From: Candidatus Marinacidobacterium sp.
GTDB taxonomy: Bacteria > Acidobacteriota > Vicinamibacteria > Marinacidobacterales > Marinacidobacteraceae
Direction: 5' to 3'
DNA: 64,000 bases
Assembly (NCBI GenBank): GCA_965204755.1
Contig: OZ242011.1
Location: 3,136,001 to 3,200,000, forward strand
Made by a program: the position numbers and the translations under genes. The notes under the pieces are model-generated. The model saw nothing but the letters and a program-made list of their open reading frames with translations, was not told the DNA's origin and did not search any database. This document shows positions 1 through 12,151 of the stretch, in pieces. Every line of letters begins with the position of its first letter. Positions within the stretch are counted from its first letter, which is position 1.

Positions 1-1995
<1,995 letters not shown>

Positions 1996-2088
1996 GTCGG
2001 GTTCTCCTGACGCATCCCGGCGCAGCGCCGGGGCGGCGGATCTGGATGGGGGGTCGGCCCGGTCGAGACTCCCCCGATTCCGGGGGAG

Positions 2089-2136
2089 GCACAATATGTT
2101 GGGGGTAGGCCTTGCGCCTACCACTATATGTGGTGG
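2089..2136. promoter_or_regulatory. Tandem NrdR boxes upstream of nrdJ
   Basis: CACAATATGTTGGG at 2090 and CACTATATGTGGTG at 2122, 32 bp apart. They resemble the NrdR palindrome (acaCwAtATaTwGtg) and lie about 100 bp upstream of a ribonucleotide reductase. Confidence 0.85.
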
Positions 2137-2384
2137 GTGCCCGGAAAGGCAACCGGACGACGGAGTCCGGTGGAATCCGCGGGGTCGGTGGCCTCGCGGC
2201 GGCCCGGTCGAGTCCGGCGGGGGCCGCAGGAGTGCCCGTTTCGCGGGCCCGGGGCGCTGTCGCGGGCGCCCGACCGGCGCCCGGAGGCGAGCGGCGTCCG
2301 CGCCCCGTACGCGGAACCGCCCGGCGCCGCCGAAGCGCGCCGGGCGGGAAGGGGTAGGGTCGAGGAGGCGAGCGCCGGGGCCGG

Positions 2385-4634
2385 TCAGCGGCTCGGCCGC
2401 CTCGGCCGGGCCCGGCTGCTCCCGGACCGGCTGCCCGAGGATCGCGGCGCGGAGCGGGCGCCGGAACCGGAGCGCGACCGCGCGCCGGAAGAGGGTCGGG
2501 AGCGGCTCGCGGAACTCGGCCGGGAGCGGCTGGTGGAACTCGGACGCGAGCGGCTCGTGGAACTCGGACGGCCCCGCGCGGACGAACTCGGCCGGGACCT
2601 GGCGCCGGAACTCGGCCGGGAGCGGTTGGTGGAACTCGGCCGGCTCCGCGTGGACGAACTCGGCCGCGGCCGGGCGGTCGAACCGGGCCGGGAGCGCGAC
2701 GCGGAGGCGGGCCGCGAGGAGGCGCCGGAGCGCGGTCGGGCTCGGCTGGCGGAACCCGGCCGGCGCCGCGCGCCGGAACTCGGCCGCGCGCTCGACGCCG
2801 CGCCGGAGCGGGGCCGCGCCGAGGCCGCCGGGCGGGCGCCGCTCCGGGCCGCCGCGCCGCCGCGCCGCCGGGCGGCGGCTCCCCGCGCCGAAGCGTCGCC
2901 GCCGCTACGGGGGCTGTTCGCTCCGCTACGGGGGCTGTTCGCCCCGCTCCGCGGCCGGGCCACGCGGGTCCCGGTCGCGGAGGGACTGCGGCCGGAGGCG
3001 CTCGCGGCGCGCCCGGAGGCGGCCGCGGCCTCCCGAGTCGCGGCGGTGCGCGGCCGGGCGACGCGGCGGGCGGCGGCGGACACCGGCGTGCTTCGGGTTC
3101 CGCCGGAGGAAGCCGCGGCCGCGGCGGCGGGGTCGGCGCGGTGGCGCTCCGCCGGCCGCCGCCAGCCGAGGGCAGTCCGGCCGGCGCTTCCGACCGCGCG
3201 CTGCCGGCGGCTTGCGACCGTCCCGGTGTTGCGCCCGGTGTTGGCGAGCCCCCGCGCGGTGACGCTCGCGGAGCGGGCGATGGCCGTTTCCCCGACCGCC
3301 CGCCGGCGGAGCCCCCGGTCGAGCACCGCGCCGCGCTCCAGCACCTGCGCGTCGTCGAGCCGGTTCAGCCGCGCGACGGCCAGCCGGTTCCGGGAAGCGG
3401 CGCGTCCGAGCGCGTCGCGGCGGGTGAAACTCCACCCGCGCCCCGCGCCCCGCGCGACGGCGCCCCGTCCGACGGCCGTCCCCCGCGGCACGGCGGTCCC
3501 GACGACCGTCCCCCGCGCCGGGCGGCCGTAGCCGCCGCCCCGGAAGTCGCCCCAGCCGTACACCGGGTAGCCGAACGGGCTCAGCGGCGACCACCCGATC
3601 CAGTCGTAGCCGTAGGCCCAGGAGACCCACCCCGGAGACCAGGCGTGGCCCGGCAGCCAGTACCAACCCCGGGGCCCGTGCCCCCATCTCCCGTAGTGGA
3701 AGGGGGCCCAGCCCCAGGGGTCGTACGAGATCCAGGTGTAGCCGAACGGGGTGTGCGCCCACCGGCCGTGGTAGTAGGGAGACCACGCGGCGGCCACCGC
3801 CGGGTACCAGATCCACCCGTGGTCGTGGTCGTGGGCCCACCGGCCGTGCCCGTCGAGGTCGTGGACATGCTCCCGGACCTCTTCCGGCAAGTCCTCGTAC
3901 GGGACATCCTCGCCCCGGACGAATCGCGCCTGCCGGTTCGCCGCCCAGTCGGCGAAGTCGTCGTCGGCCCGCCAGGACTCCGGCGCGGAGGGCGCCTCCC
4001 CGGCGGAGGCGACCGTCCGGTTGCCGGCGCGCACCAGCACCGAACCCGCTTCGTTGCCCACCGTGGCGATGCCTTCCCGCACGCCGAACTGGACGGTGCG
4101 GCGGTCGTCGAGGACATCGAGGCGGTAGAGGCCCTCGCCCTGCGGGGTCAGCGTCCCGCCCGGCGTCTCGACCACGACCTCCGACTCCTCGCCGACCCGG
4201 AACAGCAGGCTGCCGGTCCAAAAGCCGAGCCGGTGCGGCCGGTCCGCCTCCACATAGTCCAACTTGGTGCCCTCGTCCATCCAGGCGGTGACCCAGCCGG
4301 AAAAGCGGATCTCCACCTTTCCCGGCTCGCGCGTCCAGATGCGGTCGCCGGGCAGGAACGGGCTGTTGGCCTCGGCCTCCTCGGCGCCGAACTCGTCGGC
4401 GCGCTGGTGCCAGACATCGCCTTCCACCGCCGCGAGGCTGCCGTAGCGGTAGTAGGAGTCGTCGTCGGCGCCCTCGTCCTGAGCCGGCGCCGACCCGGCC
4501 GCGAAGACCGCGAGGACGACGGCGGCGAGCGTCTTCCGTGTGGGCAGCGCGCGCGTGGGCAGCGTCCGCGCGGGCGCGGCGACGCCCTCCGCCGGATTCG
4601 CGGCGAAGCGGTTCAGTGCGGCGTGTTCGGTCAT
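2385..4634 (-). CDS. Exported FecR-like/DUF6600-type protein with a long Ser/Arg-rich disordered tail
   Basis: Signal-like hydrophobic stretch (LAAVVLAVFAAGSAPA), FecR-like PGDRIWT segment, and Trp/Tyr/Gly-rich GWIWYP...WSPYYHGRW...WGWAPFHYGRW...WSPGWVSW. ATG at 4634 has a GGAGG SD. Confidence 0.75.
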   Translation of the reverse strand: MTEHAALNRFAANPAEGVAAPARTLPTRALPTRKTLAAVVLAVFAAGSAPAQDEGADDDSYYRYGSLAAVEGDVWHQRADEFGAEEAEANSPFLPGDRIWTREPGKVEIRFSGWVTAWMDEGTKLDYVEADRPHRLGFWTGSLLFRVGEESEVVVETPGGTLTPQGEGLYRLDVLDDRRTVQFGVREGIATVGNEAGSVLVRAGNRTVASAGEAPSAPESWRADDDFADWAANRQARFVRGEDVPYEDLPEEVREHVHDLDGHGRWAHDHDHGWIWYPAVAAAWSPYYHGRWAHTPFGYTWISYDPWGWAPFHYGRWGHGPRGWYWLPGHAWSPGWVSWAYGYDWIGWSPLSPFGYPVYGWGDFRGGGYGRPARGTVVGTAVPRGTAVGRGAVARGAGRGWSFTRRDALGRAASRNRLAVARLNRLDDAQVLERGAVLDRGLRRRAVGETAIARSASVTARGLANTGRNTGTVASRRQRAVGSAGRTALGWRRPAERHRADPAAAAAASSGGTRSTPVSAAARRVARPRTAATREAAAASGRAASASGRSPSATGTRVARPRSGANSPRSGANSPRSGGDASARGAAARRRGGAAARSGARPAASARPRSGAASSARPSSGARRRPGSASRARPRSGASSRPASASRSRPGSTARPRPSSSTRSRPSSTNRSRPSSGARSRPSSSARGRPSSTSRSRPSSTSRSRPSSASRSRPSSGARSRSGSGARSAPRSSGSRSGSSRARPRRPSR
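2490..2810 (-). repeat. Imperfect 24-bp coding tandem repeat (8-aa RPSSxxRS units)
   Basis: GAACTCGGCC/GAACTCGGAC recurs with 24-bp period, about a dozen units, inside the 3' end of the DUF6600 gene. Confidence 0.8.
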
Positions 4635-4754
4635 GGCGAGTCCCTCCGGCGGCAACGACATCGACAACTTGCTAATCCGCAAACGGTATGCCGGGCGCGG
4701 CGCCCCCGCCCGCGCCCCCCGCCGCCCGTCCGGCCCGCCCGATCGTCGGCCCGC

Positions 4755-5171
4755 TCAATCCAGCCGCTCGAGGAACTCCGTCGCCTGCGTCCGGGCGCGC
4801 TCGGCCCGGAACTGCCGCCAAGCCGGCCGGACCTCGCGGTCCTGCGTGGTGAGCCGGGCGAGTTTGCTCCCGTCCGGGTCGTCTTCCACCAACCCTTCGA
4901 GCCGGGACCGCATCTCCCCCTTCGGCAGGGACTCGACGAACGCGTCCTGCTCGCTCAGCACCTCCTCCAGCCGCGGTTTCGGGACGGCGACGAACCGCCC
5001 CCGGGTGTCCGACTCGAGTTGCCAGACGATCTCCTGGGTCTCGGAGTCCTCGTGGTCCTCGGCCACGCTCAGGACGCGGGCGGAGTCCCGGTCGTAGTAG
5101 TAGGTCCGCTCCGGGCCGTCGTCGAAGAAGGCGGCGACGAGCGCTTCGAGAACGGACGGATCGGCCTTCAC
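4755..5171 (-). CDS. UPF0158-family-like protein
   Basis: GTG start overlaps the glpX stop (GTGA). LVAAFFDDGPERTYYYDRDSARV...FVESLP...AWRQFRAER fits the UPF0158 pattern. Confidence 0.65.
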   Translation of the reverse strand: MKADPSVLEALVAAFFDDGPERTYYYDRDSARVLSVAEDHEDSETQEIVWQLESDTRGRFVAVPKPRLEEVLSEQDAFVESLPKGEMRSRLEGLVEDDPDGSKLARLTTQDREVRPAWRQFRAERARTQATEFLERLD

Positions 5172-6253
5172 GATGGTCGCGTTTGGGCGGCGCCCCCCGG
5201 CGGGGGCCGCTCCGAAAGGGTACACAACCCGCGCCGGGTGGCGCGGATCATCTCGGGCGGATCGTTCGCGAGGGTGAGGGTGGAGACTTCCACCGCCTCG
5301 CCCGCCGGGCCGCCGAACCGGACGCCCGGCGCGAGCGCTCCGTCGGTGACCCCGGCGGCGACGAACCAAAGCGTCGGGCCCGGCGCGAGTTCCTCGGTGG
5401 AGAGCGCTCGGTCGGGTTCCCGGACCCCGGTCTCGCGGATGCGCCGGCGGTCGGCGTCGCTCCGCACGAGCAGCCGCCCGAGCATCCCGCCCCCCAGGCA
5501 GCGCAGCGCGGCGGCGGTGATCACGCCTTCCGGCGCTCCGCCGGAGCCCATGGCGGCGTGGACCGGCGACTCCGGAAGCGCCGCCGAGAGCCCGGCGGAG
5601 AGGTCGCCGTCGCCGATCAGCCGCACCCGCGCCCCGGCGCGGCGGATCCCGGCGACGAGGGCTTCGTGCCGCGGCCGCTCGAGGACGACGACGGTGAGTT
5701 CGCCCGGCGGCACGCCTTCGGCGGCGGCGATCGCCGCCACATTCTCCTCCGGCGGGAGGTCGAGCCGGACCGCCTCCCCGAGGAGGGCCCGGGCCGCCGG
5801 GCCGACCACGATCTTGTCCATGTAGAGGTCCGGCGCCCGGAGCAGCCCGCCCCGCTCGGCGCCGGCGAGGACCGCGATGGCGCCGGGCCCGCCGGTCGCG
5901 CACAGGTTCGTGCCTTCGAGCGGGTCCACCGCGATGTCCAGTTCCGGATCGTCCGCCCCGGCGGGCCCCGGGCCCCGGCGGCCGGCGCCGAACTCCTCGC
6001 CGCTCCAGAGCATCGGGGCCCGGTCCCGCTCCCCTTCGCCGATGACCACCCGGCCCCGCGCCGGCGCCCCGTCCATCGCCGCCCGCATCGCCTCCACCGC
6101 CACCTCGTCGGAGCGGTGGCGGTCGCCGAGCCCGACGGTCCGCGCCGCGGCCACCGCCGCCTCCTCGGCGGTCCGGACCAGGTGCGGCAGGAGGGAGCGG
6201 GGCAGGCGCGGCGCCCCGCCGCCCCCGGGGTCGGCCGCGCGCCGGCCCGCCAC
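5168..6253 (-). CDS. glpX: Class II fructose-1,6-bisphosphatase
   Basis: [57 protein letters not shown]. Start uncertain (GTG 6253 or CTG 6274). Confidence 0.93.
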   Translation of the reverse strand: MAGRRAADPGGGGAPRLPRSLLPHLVRTAEEAAVAAARTVGLGDRHRSDEVAVEAMRAAMDGAPARGRVVIGEGERDRAPMLWSGEEFGAGRRGPGPAGADDPELDIAVDPLEGTNLCATGGPGAIAVLAGAERGGLLRAPDLYMDKIVVGPAARALLGEAVRLDLPPEENVAAIAAAEGVPPGELTVVVLERPRHEALVAGIRRAGARVRLIGDGDLSAGLSAALPESPVHAAMGSGGAPEGVITAAALRCLGGGMLGRLLVRSDADRRRIRETGVREPDRALSTEELAPGPTLWFVAAGVTDGALAPGVRFGGPAGEAVEVSTLTLANDPPEMIRATRRGLCTLSERPPPGGAAQTRPS

Positions 6254-6270
6254 GCCCGGCCCCCCGAACC

Positions 6271-7482
6271 TCAGTCGGCGATCTCGGGAAGGGTGACGCG
6301 GGTGGGGCGGTCGCGGCGATAGCCGAGCGCGTAGTCCGCCTGCATCAGGGTGTGGATCTCCCGCGTCCCCTCGTAGATCACCGCGCCCTTCGAGTTCCGC
6401 CAGAACCGCCCCACCGGGTACTCGTCGGAATACCCGTACGAGCCGTGGATCTGGATCGCGTCGGACCCGGCCCGCTCCGAGGCCACCGTCGCCACCCACT
6501 TCGCGAGCGAGGTCTCGCGGGTGTTCCGCCGCCCCCGGTTCTTCAACTCCCCGGCGCGCATCCACAGCAGCCGCGACACCTGGTAGTCGCGCTCCATGCC
6601 GGCGATCATCTGCTTCACCAACTGGTACTGCCCGATCTCCTCCCCGAAGGCCTTCCGCGACTTCGCCCAGGAGACGCTCCGGTCGCGGCAGGCCCGGATC
6701 AGCCCGGTGGCGCCCGCCGCCACGGTGAACCGTCCCTGGTCGAGCGCGAACATGGCGATCTTGAAGCCCTCGCCCTCCTCGCCCAGCCGGTTCGCCGCCG
6801 GCACCCGCACTTCGTCCATGCGGAACCAGCCGGTGTTGCCGGCGCGGATGCCCCACTTGTGGGTCATCTTGCCGGTCGAGAGCCCGTCGCGCTCCCGCTC
6901 CACCAGGAAGGCGGAGAGCCCGGAGTGGTCGCGGCGCCGGCGCTTCTCCGGATCGGTCCAGGCGACCACCAGGAAGTGGTCGGCGATCTCGGCCAGCGAG
7001 ATCCAGTGCTTTTCGCCGGAGAGCAGGTAGTCGCCCCCGTCCCGGCGGGCGGTGGCGCGGATGCCGACGGCGTCGCTGCCGGCGTCGGGTTCGGTGAGGC
7101 CGTAGGTGGCGATGGCCCGGCCTTCCGCCTGCGGGCGGAGGAACCGCTCCTTCTGCTCCTCGGTGCCCCAGGTCAGCACCGACAGCGAGTTCAGGCCGAT
7201 GTGGACCGAGAGGATCACCCGGAGCGAGGTGTCCACATATTCGAGTTCTTCGGAGGCGAGCCCCAAGCAGATGTAGTCGAGCCCGGAGCCCCCATACCGC
7301 TCCGGGATCGAGATGCCTAGGATCCCGGTGTCCGCCATCCCGCGCAGGATGTTCCGGTCGAAGACGCCGGCGGCGTCGTTCTCCCGGATGTTCGGGGCGA
7401 CTTCCCGCGCGGCGAAGTCGCGCACCGATTCCGCGGCGGCCCGCTGCTCCCCGTTCAGGTCGAAGTTGAGGCGCTCGCCCAT
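6271..7482 (-). CDS. Acyl-CoA dehydrogenase
   Basis: [48 protein letters not shown]. Confidence 0.93.
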   Translation of the reverse strand: MGERLNFDLNGEQRAAAESVRDFAAREVAPNIRENDAAGVFDRNILRGMADTGILGISIPERYGGSGLDYICLGLASEELEYVDTSLRVILSVHIGLNSLSVLTWGTEEQKERFLRPQAEGRAIATYGLTEPDAGSDAVGIRATARRDGGDYLLSGEKHWISLAEIADHFLVVAWTDPEKRRRRDHSGLSAFLVERERDGLSTGKMTHKWGIRAGNTGWFRMDEVRVPAANRLGEEGEGFKIAMFALDQGRFTVAAGATGLIRACRDRSVSWAKSRKAFGEEIGQYQLVKQMIAGMERDYQVSRLLWMRAGELKNRGRRNTRETSLAKWVATVASERAGSDAIQIHGSYGYSDEYPVGRFWRNSKGAVIYEGTREIHTLMQADYALGYRRDRPTRVTLPEIAD

Positions 7483-7641
7483 CGGGTCCTCGGTTCCGGC
7501 AACTCTCAGGCGGTTCGTTCGGGTGTTTCGGCGGTCGGGCGGCGCGGGAGTATAGGGGGCGGGCGACCGGCGGCTGCCCCGCTTCTCCCGGCGGTTTCCG
7601 CGTCCGGCGCGACGCTTGGCCCGGCCCTCACGCCCCGGCCC

Positions 7642-9318
7642 TCACAGCCCGGCCGCGAGCGCCGCGGCCGCCGCCGCGGCCTCCGCCTTCCGGCGGCTGC
7701 TCCCCGACCCGCGGCCGAGCGGGCGGTTCCCGACCACCACCTCCACCACATAGGTCTTGGCGTGCTCCGGCCCGCTCTCCGAGATCAGCCGGTACGCCGG
7801 GAGTCGGCGTTCCTGCTTCACCAGCGCGGTCTGGAGCGCCCCTTTCGGATTGTCCACCGCCGGAGGCGCCGGCGGCGCCGGGCGCGCCGAGCCGCCCCGC
7901 CCCCCGCCGGGCGCCGCCCCGCTTTCGGGCCGCGCGACCCGCTTGGCGCGTCCGTAGAGCCGGGCCAGCGCCCGCCGGGCGGCATCCTTCTCCGCTTCCT
8001 TGAGCCCGCGGCCGCGCCCGTTCTCGGTGAGCCCGCCTTCGAGGTGGATCCGCACCGCGACCAGCCCGCCCGAATTCCCCGGCAGGACTTCGTAGCGGGG
8101 CGCGTCCCGCCCGGCCTTGGCGAGCCGGTTCTGGAGCAGGGTCTTCGGGTCGAGCAACTCCAGGTCCGGGTCGTCCAGGCCTTCGACCGCTTCCGCGAAG
8201 GGCCGCCGGAGCGCCCGCCGCGCCGCCGGCAGCCGCCCGTCCAGGTAGAGCGCGCCGAGCGCCGCCTCCGCCGCCGGCGCCGCGGCCTCCCCCCGGCCGA
8301 GGGCCCACCGCCGGCCCAGCCCCGACCAGAAGTCCTTCTCCTGGAGGCGCATCCGGGCGAGGGTCATCCGGCCTTCGTCCCACTCCGGGAACCGGGTATG
8401 GAGCGCGTCCGCCGCGGCGAGTTGCATGACATCGCGCCCCAGGAACCGCAGCGCGCCGACGCTCGCCTCGCCCTCCCCGCGGCGCGCCGCCGGGGCGGCC
8501 GCGCGGCCCGGCCCGCGCCGCCGACCGCCGCGCCGCCCGGAACCGCGCCCGGAACTTCGTTCCGAACTTCGCCCCGAACTTCGCCCGGAAACTCGCCCGC
8601 CGCCGCGCCGCCGGCGCCCGCCGCCCCCCCCCGCCGGCGGCGCCTCCCCGGCCAGCGCCGTTTCGAGGAGAGCGGGGCGGGCGAAGGTGTACCCGAGGGA
8701 GCGCTCCGGCCGCTTCCGCAGCGCGAGCGCCCGCCGGAGGAAGCGCCGCACCGCCGCGGGCAGGGCGCCGACCCGAAGCGCCAGCCTCTTGCCGGCCCCG
8801 GGGGAGGCCGGCGGCGGCTCGAGTCCCAGCCGGCGGAGTTTCCGGGCGAACGCCGCCGCCACGATCCCCCGCGCGGCGGGCAAGCCCAAGTCGAGGTAGG
8901 CAGCGCCGAGCACCGCCTCGAAGACATTGGCCAGGATGCGGTCCGAGGAGCGGACGCTGTCGTCGCCCCCCGGCCCCCGGCCCACCCGGATGCCGTCGTC
9001 CAGCGAGAGCGCCCGCGCGGCTTCGGCCAGCGACTGGTTGCTCACCACCGCCGACTTGGTCTCCTGCCGCCGCTGCGCGGTCCACTCCGGGCGCTGGAAG
9101 TGCATCGCCTCGGTGACCACCAGCCCGAGGGCGGCGTCGCCGAGGAACTCCAGCCGCTCGTAGTCCGGGACTTCGTGGTCGTGTCGGTAGGAGCCGTGGG
9201 TCAACGCCTGTTCGAGCAGCGCCGTCCGGCGGAACGAGTGCCCCAGACTGCGGGAGAACTCCGACACCGGGCGGCGCGCCGGGGCGGTCCGCCGCCGCTT
9301 TCCTCTTCTTCGCGCCAC
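7642..9318 (-). CDS. rnc: Ribonuclease III with duplicated nuclease domain and two dsRNA-binding domains (558 aa)
   Basis: Domain 1: ALTHGSY, YERLEFLGDAAL, FEAVLGAAYLD. Degenerate domain 2: LGYTFARPALLETAL, LRFLGRDV, EAALGALYLD. Two dsRBDs: DPKTLLQ...KEAEKDAA and NPKGALQ...GPEHAKTY...GSGSSRRKAE. Confidence 0.88.
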   Translation of the reverse strand: MARRRGKRRRTAPARRPVSEFSRSLGHSFRRTALLEQALTHGSYRHDHEVPDYERLEFLGDAALGLVVTEAMHFQRPEWTAQRRQETKSAVVSNQSLAEAARALSLDDGIRVGRGPGGDDSVRSSDRILANVFEAVLGAAYLDLGLPAARGIVAAAFARKLRRLGLEPPPASPGAGKRLALRVGALPAAVRRFLRRALALRKRPERSLGYTFARPALLETALAGEAPPAGGGGGRRRRGGGRVSGRSSGRSSERSSGRGSGRRGGRRRGPGRAAAPAARRGEGEASVGALRFLGRDVMQLAAADALHTRFPEWDEGRMTLARMRLQEKDFWSGLGRRWALGRGEAAAPAAEAALGALYLDGRLPAARRALRRPFAEAVEGLDDPDLELLDPKTLLQNRLAKAGRDAPRYEVLPGNSGGLVAVRIHLEGGLTENGRGRGLKEAEKDAARRALARLYGRAKRVARPESGAAPGGGRGGSARPAPPAPPAVDNPKGALQTALVKQERRLPAYRLISESGPEHAKTYVVEVVVGNRPLGRGSGSSRRKAEAAAAAAALAAGL

Positions 9319-9364
9319 GGCGCTCAGCCTCCCGTCCGGCGGCCGGGTCGTTCCGCCGCCGCCA

Positions 9365-11650
9365 TCAGTCCACCCGCACCAGGACCATGGTCAGGTCGTC
9401 CGTCTGCGTCTCGGCCCCGGTGAAGCGCAGCACGGCGTCCTCGACCGTCTGCTGCAACTCCGCCGGCGGGGCGAACGCGTTGTCTTCGAGCAGCCGCATC
9501 AGGCGCTCCTCCCCGAACATGTCCGACTCGGCGTTCATCGCTTCCGAGACGCCGTCGGTGTAGAGGAGCCAGGTCTCGCCGGGTTCGAGCGGCTCGGTCT
9601 GCTCCTTCAGGACCGAGTCGAAGACCGGCCCCGGGTCGAGCGCGACGCCGAGACCGTCCGGGGCGAGCGCGTCGGAAGCCGGCCACTCGCCGGCGTTCGG
9701 CCGGAGCCGGATCACCGGGCTGTGCCCGGCGCGGGCGAAGGTGACCGTCCGCTCCGCCGCGTCGAAGACGCCGTAGGTGATCGTGATGAAGGTGCGGGAG
9801 TCCAGGGTGTCGTGGAGGACCCGGTTCGCTTCGACGAGCACCTGGCGGGGCGAGTGGTGCGCCCGGCTGAGCGCCTGCATCAGCCCCTTGAGTTCCGCCA
9901 TGTAGAAGGCGGCGCGGGCGCCGGTGCCGGCGACATCCGCGATCACCACCCCCAGTCGGCTCGGCGAGAGCCGGATCAGGTCGTAGTAGTCGCCGCCCAC
10001 TTCGGTGGCCGGCCGGCACACCGCCGCGAGCGAGAAGCCGGGAACGGTCACCGATCCCTCCGGGGGCAGCAGCAGCGCCTGCGCCTGGCGGGCGGTCTCC
10101 ATCTCCTGTTCGAGCACCGCCGCCCGCTGCACCCGATCGAGGTCGTCGGCGATCTTCGCGGTCATGATGTTGAAACTGGCCGCCAGCCGCCCGAGTTGGT
10201 CGCGGGAGCGGATCTGCACCTGTTGGCCGAAGTTCCCGCTCCGCACCCGCTCGGTGCCTCGGCTGAGCGCCTCGACCGAGCGGGTGATGGAGCGGGCGAG
10301 CCGGATCCCCAGCATGAGCGCCGCGCACTCGATCAGCAGGAAGATGAGCGCCAGTTCGACGAGAACCACGAACAGGCTGCTCCCGATCGGCCGGTCGTTC
10401 AGCGCGAGCGGCTCCTCGAGGCCCCGCGCCGCCTGCTGGATCAGTTGGATCGGGGCGAAGCCGAAGGTGACCGCCACCGTGCCGCCCCCGAGGTCGGGGT
10501 TCCAGGGCGCCGCGTTCAGGAGGAGCACCCAGGGGATGGAGAACGGGGCGCGTCCGGCGTCGGCGATCACCGGTCGAGCCTGCGGCGGGTCCTGGGCGTC
10601 GCCGTCCAGCCAGAGCGGCCAGACCGTCCGGAGGACCAACTCCTCGTCGTCGGCGCTCCGGTGGACGAACGGCGTGATCGGCGCGGCCACCAGCGCGAAG
10701 CGGGAACTCGTTTCCGGGGGGGCGTCCGGCGGCGGGGACCCGCCGGAGGGCGAAAAGGGCGGCGCCGCCGCCGGGCCCGGCGACACCACCGCGTACCAGG
10801 CGCCGCCCGGGGTCTGCACCGCGCCTTCGTAGGCGTCGAAGGTCCAGTCCGGGGCCGCGCCGACGGCGAGGAAGGGGCTCTCGTCGGTGGAAGCGGCGAC
10901 CCGGGTGATCCGGCCGTCCTCCACTTCGTAGAGGAAGGCTTCGGCGCCCGGGGCGAAGGCCCGGGACTCCGCCGCGGCGGCTTCGACCGCCGCCAGGCGC
11001 TCGGAGTCGGTCGCGTCGGGCGCCGCGCGGATCAGGATCCGGTCCGCGGCGCGGAACAGGTCGTTGCTGCGGGCGGCGAGGTTCGAGCGGAGCGAGAAGA
11101 GGCCGAACTCGCCGAGCGCCACATAGGCGCCGAGCAGGAAGAACAGGATGAGCAGGGCCACGGGGAGCAGCCCGAGCAGCAGGTAGGAGGCGGCGAGCCG
11201 CCGACGCACCGGGAACAGCAGCCAGCGGAGCAGGTCGCGCCCGAAGAAGACCAGCACCGCGGCCCCGGTGATGGCGAAGACCAGCCCGGCGTCCGACGCC
11301 AGCGAGCGGGGCAGGGCGCCCGCCAGGGCCAGCACATAGACCGCCCCGACGACGAGCAGGATCCGCCCCGGCCAGGAGCGGGCGAGCACCGCGCCGGCGC
11401 GGCGCAGCCCGGCGCGGAGCGAGTGTTCCGGGAGGCCGGGCGCCGCGTCGGCGGCGGGCGGGGGCGCCGGCCGCGCGCCGCGCCGGAAACGGAAGCGCCG
11501 CTTCCGGCGCCGGGCCTCGGTCTCCGGCGGGGACCGATCGCGGGAGGGTTCTTCGGGGATGCTGCGGGGTAGGGGCGTTCGTTCGGGGAAACCGGGGGGC
11601 GCCGCGCCGCGTGGCGGCGTTTCGGGCCCCGCTTCGGTCGGGTCCGGTAT
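9365..11650 (-). CDS. Membrane HAMP-domain PP2C/SpoIIE (RsbU-like) serine phosphatase
   Basis: Several TM segments, HAMP (SITRSVEALSRG...DQLGRLAASFNIM), and EVGGDYYD, IADVAG, LLYTDGVSEA, DDLTMV. Start uncertain (GTG 11389, ATA 11650 or GTG 11743). Confidence 0.9.
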   Translation of the reverse strand: MPDPTEAGPETPPRGAAPPGFPERTPLPRSIPEEPSRDRSPPETEARRRKRRFRFRRGARPAPPPAADAAPGLPEHSLRAGLRRAGAVLARSWPGRILLVVGAVYVLALAGALPRSLASDAGLVFAITGAAVLVFFGRDLLRWLLFPVRRRLAASYLLLGLLPVALLILFFLLGAYVALGEFGLFSLRSNLAARSNDLFRAADRILIRAAPDATDSERLAAVEAAAAESRAFAPGAEAFLYEVEDGRITRVAASTDESPFLAVGAAPDWTFDAYEGAVQTPGGAWYAVVSPGPAAAPPFSPSGGSPPPDAPPETSSRFALVAAPITPFVHRSADDEELVLRTVWPLWLDGDAQDPPQARPVIADAGRAPFSIPWVLLLNAAPWNPDLGGGTVAVTFGFAPIQLIQQAARGLEEPLALNDRPIGSSLFVVLVELALIFLLIECAALMLGIRLARSITRSVEALSRGTERVRSGNFGQQVQIRSRDQLGRLAASFNIMTAKIADDLDRVQRAAVLEQEMETARQAQALLLPPEGSVTVPGFSLAAVCRPATEVGGDYYDLIRLSPSRLGVVIADVAGTGARAAFYMAELKGLMQALSRAHHSPRQVLVEANRVLHDTLDSRTFITITYGVFDAAERTVTFARAGHSPVIRLRPNAGEWPASDALAPDGLGVALDPGPVFDSVLKEQTEPLEPGETWLLYTDGVSEAMNAESDMFGEERLMRLLEDNAFAPPAELQQTVEDAVLRFTGAETQTDDLTMVLVRVD

Positions 11651-12151
11651 CGGGTCGGGTTCGGCCTGGTGGGGCGGCCTCCCGTTTCCGGCCGGCCCGG
11701 CGTCGTATCGCGCTCGAACGGTCCGCCGACGCCCGGAAATCACGCCGGTCCCCCGGCGGCGGTCCCCGACTCCCCCGGCGGCCGGGCCGCGCGCGGGTTC
11801 CGCGAGGAGCCCGGCGGCGCGGCGCCGCGGGGAAACCGAAGTCCGCCGTGAGGCGGCTCGCCGGGCGGCGGGGCGGGCCCCGGACGCGCGGCGCGGCGTC
11901 GGCGAGCGGCGCGGACATCCCCGACCCGCGCCGGAGGGCCCGGCCGGCGCCGGTGGCGGGAACGCCCCTTCGCGGCGCCGGCCGAACCTGCGGCCCGGAT
12001 CGGGAACGCCCGCCGGGAAACGGCCCGCCCGAAGCGGCGCCGCGCCCGGAGCGCTCGCGCTCATGTTACCAACGGCGCTTCGCCGCCGGCAGGACGAAGC
12101 GGCGCCCGGCTGCGGAGTAGTCTTCCTCCGAGGGGAACGCGGAGGGGCGGG

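Noticed and set aside
1996-2384. Cobalamin riboswitch upstream of nrdJ
   Set aside because: No B12-box recognised, and the NrdR boxes account for the conserved-looking sequence.
2490-2810. Possible second CRISPR array, also considered for 30545-30845
   Set aside because: Periods are multiples of three within coding frames, and there are no unique spacers of CRISPR length.
11750-12150. GC-rich hairpins in the spoIIE-Uma2 intergenic region as an ncRNA or MITE
   Set aside because: Inverted repeats such as the one at 11941-11984 are expected by chance at this GC content. No second copy or known motif was seen.
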